From Candidatus Omnitrophota bacterium (lineage in GTDB: Bacteria > Omnitrophota > Gorgyraeia > JAHJTE01): a stretch of 64,000 nt of DNA. This document shows positions 57,168-64,000 of this stretch, piece after piece. The notes under the pieces are model-generated. The model was not told the origin of the DNA. It ran no database searches and was given only the letters and a program-made list of their open reading frames with translations. The translations under genes were made by a program, and so were the position numbers. Numbering within the stretch: position 1 is the stretch's first letter; each line of letters starts with the position of its first letter. The stretch spans positions 321,332 to 385,331 of the forward strand of contig JAHJTE010000001.1 of NCBI GenBank assembly GCA_018830005.1, given 5' to 3'.

Positions 57168-59491
57168 AAGATTACTATTCTAAATATAGCGGAGCATACA
57201 GCTGGCAGATAAAAGAAGAGGGTTGGGTTAAGTCGCTTCAAGGAGTAAGAGAGGTCCAGCTTGCCTTAGGAAATGGTTATTGGGGAAGCCGCGCGATTTT
57301 AGAAGAACTTCCTTATGAGGCCAAGCCTGGAACATATATGGCAGGGGTATATGATAAGGTTGGTTCGCAGGTTTCGGAGTTGGTAAATCTGCCTAATCCA
57401 TTTAATTTTAAGATTACTGCTGATGGCGAAAAATTAGGTGTTATGACCATGGATGCTCTCCAACACAGAAGAATCTTAAACCTTAGGTCTGGGATTTTAT
57501 CCCGCTATACTGTTTTTCAAGATAGTAAAAAAAGGAAATATGACTACCAAAGTTTACGTTTTATCTCTATGCACGATAAAAATATCGGCGTATTGCAGGT
57601 CTCCTTTACGCCCTTAGATCATCAGATCAAGATATCGATTGAGACAGGAATTGATATTTCCGTGTATAACTCAGGTACGGCTACTGAAGGGCGCAAAAGA
57701 CATTTCCGCGTTAAAGAATTAGGCCAATTCAATAAAGAAGGATATCTTATAGTTGAGACGTTCGGAAAGTTACATAAGCTAATTTTCCGAAGTGGATTTT
57801 ATTACAGGATAGGAGGTAGAAAGACAGTCGCAAAAGACAATGTTTTCGAATTAAAAGTTGCCAAAAATCAAACTGTAATCTTTACAAAGATATTTTATAT
57901 AGACTACATCTCTCAATCCGAGAATTTAAATGGTTTTAAGAAAATATCAGAAAAAAAATTCAGGAGGGCATTTAAAGGAGGTTTCAATTATTTATTAAAG
58001 AAGCATATTTTTGCTTGGGAAAATTTATGGAAACAAGCAGAGGTCTCCATCTGGGGTGACCCGGAGATAGAAAAGAACTTCCGTTTTAATATCTATCATA
58101 TGCTTATCTGCGCCCCTTGTGATGGTGGAAATTCTAGCATCGGCGCAAAGGCCTTAACCGGTGAAGGATATCGGGGCCATATATTCTGGGACACTGAAAT
58201 TTTCCTCCTGCCATTTTATCTCTATACTTTACCAGAGGCGGCACGTAATATATTGCTTTATAGGTATAAAAGATTAGATGCTGCTAGAGACAGAGCCAAG
58301 AGTTTCGGTTTTAAAGGAGCCATGTTTCCTTGGGAATCGGCTGGATTAGGGATTGAAGAGACCCCGGACCGAGCTAAGGATCTAGATGGAAAGATTATTA
58401 AAATCCATACTGGTCAGATGGAACAGCATATCACTGCGGATATCGCCTACGCCTTTTACCACTATTATAACGTAACACAGGATGAGAAATTTATGTACGA
58501 TTATGGTTATGAGGTAATATTTGAGACCGCCAGATTCTGGGCCAGCCGTGTGGAATATAACAAGAGAAAGAAGATATACGAGATAAAGCATGTTATTGGT
58601 CCTAATGAATTCCAAATAGATGTCAACAATAATGCCTTTACAAATATGATGGCAAAGTGGAATTTACTCAAAGCTTATAAACTATTTCAACAGTTAAAGC
58701 AAAATGATTTAAAATTGTTGAGGAAACTAAATACAGAAATCGAACTTACCAATAAAGAGACAAAAGAATGGAAGAAGATCGCAGCCAAGATTGGCATTAA
58801 TAAAAATAAAAACAGTATTATTGAACAATTTGATGGTTATTTCAGAAAAAAATACATTAAGATAACGCAATGGGATGAGAACTCTCTGCCTATTGTATCA
58901 GCTAGACTATCGCCTCGCGAATATGCCCGCACCCAGTTTGTTAAACAGGCGGATGTAGTTATGCTTCTTTATCTTCTTGCCGATGTTTTCAACCTAAGAA
59001 CTAAAAAGAAAAATTATGAATATTATCTTAGCCGTACGCTGCATAATTCTTCTCTGAGCCTACCCATATATGCAATTGTGGCTATTGATCTTGGAGACCG
59101 GGAGCGTGCCTATCGTTTCTTCCGCACTGCAATTCATACTGACATCAGCAATATTCATAATAATACTGACCATGGCATTCATGCTGCTGGGATCGGTGGT
59201 ACCTGGCAGATTTTGGTAAGTGGATTTGCAGGGGTGAGAATAGAGAAAGAAATTCTTTCTATTAATCCTAAACTACCACATTCCTGGCGGAAGGTTATTT
59301 TTTCTTTATATTGGCGCGGGAAGCTTCTTAAATTAGAAATTAAAAATAATAAGATAACCATTCAGGTCTCGGGAAATAAAAAAAGAATTAAGATAAGGGT
59401 ATTTGGTATTTTGCATGAAATCCGCGGTGATAAAACCTTTAATTTTAAAAGAAAAGAATTGGCAAAAAAGAAAGAGGCCAGCTATCTTTAG
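57164..59491 (+). CDS. glycoside hydrolase family 65 disaccharide phosphorylase (maltose/kojibiose/trehalose/glucosylglycerol-type)
   Basis: 775 aa with a GH65 N-terminal beta-sandwich (ALGNGYWGSRA...EE), a central (alpha/alpha)6 barrel with the catalytic region, and a C-terminal domain. Confidence 0.85.
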   Translation: MKDYYSKYSGAYSWQIKEEGWVKSLQGVREVQLALGNGYWGSRAILEELPYEAKPGTYMAGVYDKVGSQVSELVNLPNPFNFKITADGEKLGVMTMDALQHRRILNLRSGILSRYTVFQDSKKRKYDYQSLRFISMHDKNIGVLQVSFTPLDHQIKISIETGIDISVYNSGTATEGRKRHFRVKELGQFNKEGYLIVETFGKLHKLIFRSGFYYRIGGRKTVAKDNVFELKVAKNQTVIFTKIFYIDYISQSENLNGFKKISEKKFRRAFKGGFNYLLKKHIFAWENLWKQAEVSIWGDPEIEKNFRFNIYHMLICAPCDGGNSSIGAKALTGEGYRGHIFWDTEIFLLPFYLYTLPEAARNILLYRYKRLDAARDRAKSFGFKGAMFPWESAGLGIEETPDRAKDLDGKIIKIHTGQMEQHITADIAYAFYHYYNVTQDEKFMYDYGYEVIFETARFWASRVEYNKRKKIYEIKHVIGPNEFQIDVNNNAFTNMMAKWNLLKAYKLFQQLKQNDLKLLRKLNTEIELTNKETKEWKKIAAKIGINKNKNSIIEQFDGYFRKKYIKITQWDENSLPIVSARLSPREYARTQFVKQADVVMLLYLLADVFNLRTKKKNYEYYLSRTLHNSSLSLPIYAIVAIDLGDRERAYRFFRTAIHTDISNIHNNTDHGIHAAGIGGTWQILVSGFAGVRIEKEILSINPKLPHSWRKVIFSLYWRGKLLKLEIKNNKITIQVSGNKKRIKIRVFGILHEIRGDKTFNFKRKELAKKKEASYL

Positions 59492-59509
59492 ATCAAAGGA
59501 GCCAGATCA

Positions 59510-60694
59510 ATGGCAAAGAAACGTCTAACTATTTCACATTTGCATTGGGGATTTCCGCCTGTAGTCGGTGGCGTTGAGACTCATCTGACAATACTCTTGC
59601 CTACTTTTGTGAAGATGGGACACAAGGTTCATTTACTTACGGGTGCTTTTGAAGGGGCAAAGGCAGAGGATAATTATAAGGGAGTGAGTGTACTGCGTCA
59701 ACCAATTATGGATTTGAACTGGCTTACCAGACGAGGAACGCATGGCTTATTTGAGGAGGTAAGGAGCGTTTTAAATAAGTTTGTAGATAAAACTAAACCA
59801 GATTGTCTCCATGTCCACAATATGCACTATTTTAGTAAAATTCATGCTAATGCACTTCAAGCAGTATCGATAAAAAAGGGCATCCCTTTGTTTTTGACAG
59901 CCCATAATGTCTGGGATGACAACCTTTTTCTGGATCTCATGAAGAATATTAAATGGACTCATGTTATTGCGGTTAGTCATTTTATAAAGAGGGAGATTAT
60001 TGGAATAGGATATCCCCATAACAAGGTCACTGTTATCCACCATGGTATTGATCATAATATCTATTCCCCTAAAGTAAATCCAAAGGTGGTTTTTAAAAAA
60101 TATCCAATATTGAAAGGAAAAAAAGTAATATTTCATCCAGCGCGAATGGGTTTGGCCAAAGGCTGTGATGTAACTATAAAAGCTATGCGAATAATTAAAG
60201 AAAGATTCCCCGAATCTTTTCTGATTCTCGCTGGAACAAAAAATATTATTGACTGGAGCCAGAGCCAACAAAAAGATATTGCTTACATGGTTAGTCTGGT
60301 TAAGTTTTTAAGACTGAAAGACAATGTTTTAATGGATTGTTTTGCCTTAGAGGATATGCCTAAACTTTATGCTGCTAGCTGTGCCTGTGTGTATCCTTCT
60401 ACCGCATCTGAGCCATTTGGATTAACAATGCTTGAGTCGCTTGCCTCGGGAAAACCTATGGTCGTTACCGAAACCGGAGGCATGCCAGAGATTATCAAGG
60501 ACAGTATTAATGGCTTTGTTATTCCCATAAAGGACTTCGAATCTCTGGCTTCGCGAGTAATTCAATTGTTAGCTAACAAAAATTTGAGAGAGAGATTAGG
60601 TTATACTGGTCGGCAAATGGTGGAACAACAATTTACTGCAGAGATTGTTGCCAAAAATACCCTTAGATTATATAGAGGTTTTTGTAAAAAATAA
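59510..60694 (+). CDS. glycosyltransferase family 4 (retaining GT-B; candidate glucosyl-compatible-solute synthase)
   Basis: 'GGVETHLTIL' N-terminus and 'EPFGLTMLESLASGKPMVVTETGGMPE' E-x7-E region, 394 aa. Confidence 0.75.
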   Translation: MAKKRLTISHLHWGFPPVVGGVETHLTILLPTFVKMGHKVHLLTGAFEGAKAEDNYKGVSVLRQPIMDLNWLTRRGTHGLFEEVRSVLNKFVDKTKPDCLHVHNMHYFSKIHANALQAVSIKKGIPLFLTAHNVWDDNLFLDLMKNIKWTHVIAVSHFIKREIIGIGYPHNKVTVIHHGIDHNIYSPKVNPKVVFKKYPILKGKKVIFHPARMGLAKGCDVTIKAMRIIKERFPESFLILAGTKNIIDWSQSQQKDIAYMVSLVKFLRLKDNVLMDCFALEDMPKLYAASCACVYPSTASEPFGLTMLESLASGKPMVVTETGGMPEIIKDSINGFVIPIKDFESLASRVIQLLANKNLRERLGYTGRQMVEQQFTAEIVAKNTLRLYRGFCKK

Positions 60695-60796
60695 GGATAT
60701 AGGAAAATTCCGGTTTTCTTTCCGTGTAGTATAAGCAAGTTGCGAATTTAGTCCAATGGTGAGTTTCACTTCTTTTTGTGACCAGAAAAGATTTAA

Positions 60797-60923
60797 GTGG
60801 TAAGTTCCTTACCTACGGAGGGTTAGGGAAATACGCTTTAACGATTCCCCGCCCTGCAGAAATTGAATGATTTCCATAGGACTAGCCTTGCGAAATGCAG
60901 AGGATTTCATAGGGCGCCTCCAC
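60797..60923 (+). repeat. repeat copy RB (~127 bp) ending in tmRNA 3'-end-like GGGCGCCTCCAC
   Basis: Direct repeat of RA about 5.1 kb downstream. Contains 'ACGATTCCCCGCCCT' (compare ssrA 'TTCGATTCCCCGCGCCT') and a terminal 'AGGGCGCCTCCAC'. Begins with the perfect hairpin GGTAAG-ttc-CTTACC. Confidence 0.6.
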
Positions 60924-60976
60924 TACTTAGAAAAATATAGACATCCCATTTAATTTTAGAATTTCAAGGAGAGGAT

Positions 60977-61927
60977 ATGTTTAGAGAAAAGATTAAGGTA
61001 TTGGATTGTACTATTCGTGACGGCGGTCTTATCAATAGCCATACTTTCGAACATCGTTTTGTCCGAGCGGTATATAAGGCAATCTCTCAGGCAGGCGTAG
61101 ATTATATGGAGATTGGTTACAAGAACTCCAAGGAGCTCTTTTCAACTGATGAATACGGGCTTTGGAAGTTCTGTGATGATGATGAAATACGCAAAGTAAT
61201 CGAAGGTATAGAATCACAGACCAAAATTTCAGTCATGGTGGATGTTGGTCGCGTTAACATCCAAGACATAAGACCAGCTTCTGAAAGCCCAGTGGATATG
61301 ATACGGACTGCTGCCTATGTTAAAGATGTGGATAAGGCTATATTTATGGTAAATCATTTCGAAAAGAAGGGTTACGAGACAACGATTAATATCATGGCTA
61401 TTTCGCGGGATCAAGGAGCAGAGTTAGATGGAGCGTTTCGCCAGATTGAAAAAGAGAGCAATGTTAAAGTAGTCTATATTGTAGATAGTTTTGGTCATCT
61501 CTATCAGGAGACCGTTGAGGAGTTAGTAAAACGCGCTAAAGGAATTATCAAGTCAAAGGAAATAGGCTTTCATGGTCATAATCACCAACAGCTGGCATTT
61601 GGTAATACAATCGAGGCAATTATTCACGATGCAAACTATCTAGACGGCACAGTTTATGGAATAGGTCGGGCAGCAGGAAATTGTCCTTTGGAACTCTTGA
61701 TAGGCTTCTTGAAAAACCCGAAATTTGATATACGCCCAATTTTAGATTTGATTTCAGATGAGTTTATCCCGTTAAGAGAAAAAATTGAATGGGGCTACAT
61801 AATTCCTTATGCGATTTCAGGAATGATGAATGAGCATCCTAAGGCTGCTATGGCATTACGAAAGACTGATAAGAAGGAAGATTATCGTGAATTTTACGAG
61901 AGCCTTCTTAGCATAGGTTTAGAATAA
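60977..61927 (+). CDS. HMGL-like (DRE-TIM metallolyase, pyruvate carboxyltransferase domain) aldolase/synthase
   Basis: 'KVLDCTIRDGG' N-terminal DRE-TIM signature and 'HGHN' metal-binding motif. 316 aa, with no LeuA-type C-terminal regulatory domain. Confidence 0.65.
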   Translation: MFREKIKVLDCTIRDGGLINSHTFEHRFVRAVYKAISQAGVDYMEIGYKNSKELFSTDEYGLWKFCDDDEIRKVIEGIESQTKISVMVDVGRVNIQDIRPASESPVDMIRTAAYVKDVDKAIFMVNHFEKKGYETTINIMAISRDQGAELDGAFRQIEKESNVKVVYIVDSFGHLYQETVEELVKRAKGIIKSKEIGFHGHNHQQLAFGNTIEAIIHDANYLDGTVYGIGRAAGNCPLELLIGFLKNPKFDIRPILDLISDEFIPLREKIEWGYIIPYAISGMMNEHPKAAMALRKTDKKEDYREFYESLLSIGLE

Positions 61928-61928
61928 T

Positions 61929-62588
61929 ATGGATATAGATAGATTCAAAGAGCTGCCGATTATGGGTATATTAAGAGGTGTTAAGGCAGGTATTATACAG
62001 CCTCTTGCTGAAACAGTTATATCAGCAGGCTTAAAGACCATAGAGATAGCCATGAATAGCCCTGATGCAGCAGAATTGATTAAGCTTTTAAAAGATACAG
62101 CGAAAGAGCGTCTAATAATAGGGGCAGGTACAGTCTTGACAATGCATGACTTACATAAGGCATTGGATTCTGGGGCAACGTTTATTGTTATGCCTACGTT
62201 AGTAGCGGCTGTTTGCGAGTATTGTACAAAAAATAAGATTCCTGTATTTCCAGGAGCATTGACTCCACAGGAGATATATAATGCCTGGAATGCTGGGGCT
62301 ACTATGGTTAAGATATTTCCAGCTAAACTTTTCGGACCAGCTTACATCAAAGAATTAAAAGGACCCTTGCCGCAAATTGAACTTCTTGCATGCGGCGGTG
62401 TTGGCCCTGAAAACATTCAATCATTTTTTTCCAGTGGTGCATCTGCAGTTGCCTTTGGGAGTAGTTTATTCAGGAAGGATTGGCTTAGCAAGCGTGATTT
62501 TTCAAGTATTGAAAAAAACTTAAAAGCACTAATTGCCGCATTTAGGGACAAATCCAGACAAGAGCCCCATTTAATTCGGAAGATATGA
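61929..62588 (+). CDS. eda: KDPG / 4-hydroxy-2-oxoglutarate aldolase family
   Basis: 'PIMGILRG' N-terminus and 'KIFPA' Schiff-base lysine region, 219 aa. Confidence 0.8.
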   Translation: MDIDRFKELPIMGILRGVKAGIIQPLAETVISAGLKTIEIAMNSPDAAELIKLLKDTAKERLIIGAGTVLTMHDLHKALDSGATFIVMPTLVAAVCEYCTKNKIPVFPGALTPQEIYNAWNAGATMVKIFPAKLFGPAYIKELKGPLPQIELLACGGVGPENIQSFFSSGASAVAFGSSLFRKDWLSKRDFSSIEKNLKALIAAFRDKSRQEPHLIRKI

Positions 62589-62944
62589 ATAAAATAAATA
62601 AATATTTCCTGTTTTCGGTTTCTTGCGCGTTGCTTCTTGTTTTTCTATCTGGTTGTGCAAGAGTATCCGTGAAAGAGCCGAATAAGATTTATAATTTCCA
62701 AGATGCAGGTTATTATGCGCTTGAAACGCTTTGTGAGTTAAATAACATTAGTTGGTCCTGGGATTATCTAACAGAGGTGGCAACGCTTAAGAGAAGAGCG
62801 CATCTGGTAAAGATCAGGCTAGAAAGTGAGCTAGCCCTTTTGGATGATAAGCCCATAGATCTTGGAAAGCCAGTAATAATGAGAGATTCAAGGCTTTTAG
62901 TCCCTGTAAGTTTTAAGACATTAATTATTGATAGGCTTTTCTAA
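62585..62944 (+). CDS. small lipoprotein, possibly with a copper-amine-oxidase-N-like (stalk) domain
   Basis: Signal peptide with lipobox 'LSGCA'. The C-terminal region 'GKPVIMRDSRLLVPVSF' is reminiscent of Cu_amine_oxidN1 domains. Weak call. Confidence 0.35.
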   Translation: MNKINKYFLFSVSCALLLVFLSGCARVSVKEPNKIYNFQDAGYYALETLCELNNISWSWDYLTEVATLKRRAHLVKIRLESELALLDDKPIDLGKPVIMRDSRLLVPVSFKTLIIDRLF

Positions 62945-62953
62945 AGGTAAATT

Positions 62954-63754
62954 ATGGATAAACGACCCATAGGAGTTTTTGATTCAGGAGTAGGTGGTCT
63001 GACTGTTGTGCGGGAATTGTTAAAAAATTTGCCAAATGAACGCATAGTTTATTTTGGCGACACAGCCCGTGTTCCTTATGGTACAAAGTCAAAAAAGGCA
63101 ATTGTCACATTTTCTCTTGAGAATGCCCTTTTTCTTCTTAAAAAGAAGGTAAAGTTAATTGTTGTTGCTTGTAATACATCTTCTAGTTTAGCCCTTTCTG
63201 CGCTAAAGAAACATTTTCATATTCCGATAATCGGCGTTATTGATCCTGCGGTTGAGCAGGCCCTAAGACTAACAAGGTCTGGGCGCATTGGTGTGATTGG
63301 TACACGCGCAACAATTGAAAGTAAGGTTTACGAAAAGAAGATACATCGCTTAAACCGCAAGATGAAGGTGTATAGCAAGGCCTGCTCGCTTTTTGTCCCT
63401 TTTGTTGAGGAAGGATGTTTGAATAATAGTGCCATTTCTAAAATTGCCAGTATGTATTTAAAAGACTTTAAAGAAAGAAAAATAGATACATTAATTTTAG
63501 GTTGCACTCATTATCCACTGTTAAAGGAAGTGATTGCTAATTTTTTTGACAAGGATGTCATTCTTATTGATTCAGGTTTACCCATTGCCTTGGAGGTAAA
63601 GGAGATGTTAATAAGGCTTAAGTTAGCTGCGCCTCTAGCACGTAAGCGACCAAGGCCAATATTTTTTGTAAGTGATGAACCAGCCAGATTTAAAATTCTT
63701 GGCAGAAAATTTTTAAAAAATCAGATAAATAAGGTGGCGATTGCAAATCGATGA
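62954..63754 (+). CDS. murI: glutamate racemase
   Basis: 'IGVFDSGVGGLTV' N-terminus plus two Cys-containing catalytic motifs (VVACNTSS; LGCTHYP). Confidence 0.85.
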   Translation: MDKRPIGVFDSGVGGLTVVRELLKNLPNERIVYFGDTARVPYGTKSKKAIVTFSLENALFLLKKKVKLIVVACNTSSSLALSALKKHFHIPIIGVIDPAVEQALRLTRSGRIGVIGTRATIESKVYEKKIHRLNRKMKVYSKACSLFVPFVEEGCLNNSAISKIASMYLKDFKERKIDTLILGCTHYPLLKEVIANFFDKDVILIDSGLPIALEVKEMLIRLKLAAPLARKRPRPIFFVSDEPARFKILGRKFLKNQINKVAIANR

Positions 63755-64000
63755 AATTTGAGATTTCTGTTATTGATTATTTTAGCGCTGCTCACAACCT
63801 AAGGCAATATCAGGGTAAGTGTGAGAATATACATGGCCATAATTTTAAAGTAAAGATTACCTTAGGGGCAAATAGCCTTGATAAGACAGGTATGGTTTAT
63901 GATTTTCATTATGTTAAGGAGGTGCTCAAGAAGACATTAAAAGTTCTTGACCACTCTCATTTAAATAAATTGCCCTATTTTGGACGAGTGAATCCTACTT
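63751..64000 (+). CDS. queD: 6-carboxy-5,6,7,8-tetrahydropterin synthase (3'-truncated at window edge)
   Basis: 'AAHNLRQYQGKCENIHGHNFKV' PTPS/QueD signature. The ATG overlaps the murI stop (ATGA). Confidence 0.8.
   Translation, partial: MKFEISVIDYFSAAHNLRQYQGKCENIHGHNFKVKITLGANSLDKTGMVYDFHYVKEVLKKTLKVLDHSHLNKLPYFGRVNPT

Noticed and set aside
59771-60271. 166-aa minus-strand ORF inside the GT4 gene (similar cases at 2792..3094, 28644..29018 and 38305..38685)
   Set aside because: These are antisense shadow ORFs within confidently assigned genes, with no independent support.

Overview
AT-rich bacterial chromosomal segment, densely coding with about 65 genes, almost all on the + strand. The organism is clearly an LPS-producing diderm. 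A co-directional lipid A / Kdo / heptose inner-core cluster spans roughly 1.8-16.3 kb (waaA, lpxK, lpxL fused to an ELM1-like domain, GT4, GT9, CE4 deacetylase, hldA, kdsB, kdsA, kdsD, kdsC, lptB). The window also carries lolCD, mlaEFD and lptFG, consistent with a diderm envelope. Despite this, gene order repeatedly mirrors Bacillus-type neighbourhoods: tig-clpP; mcsA-mcsB-clpC-radA-yacL-ispDF-cysES; tmk-holB-ricT-metG-tatD; thiL-tsaE-tsaB. The housekeeping remainder includes topA (5'-truncated), xerC, lysS, alr, pyrE, smpB, murI and queD (3'-truncated). RNA genes are tRNA-Leu(CAG) on the minus strand and tmRNA (ssrA) directly after smpB. Downstream of ssrA lies a small accessory stretch (about 54.8-60.9 kb) holding a zinc-ribbon membrane ORF, mscS, beta-phosphoglucomutase, a GH65 phosphorylase and a GT4. 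It is punctuated by three degenerate copies of a ~100-130 bp repeat that carries tmRNA 3'-end-like sequence, which looks like decayed att scars of integrated elements; no integrase survives. Other notable items: an LpxL-ELM1 fusion, a GT4-GT9 fusion, a decayed GT9 pseudogene, a trigger factor lacking the PPIase domain, and a Maf-TM-M48 peptidase read-through ORF. No CRISPR array, transposase or prophage genes are evident. All calls rest on motif and composition reading of the supplied translations; no database search was possible.
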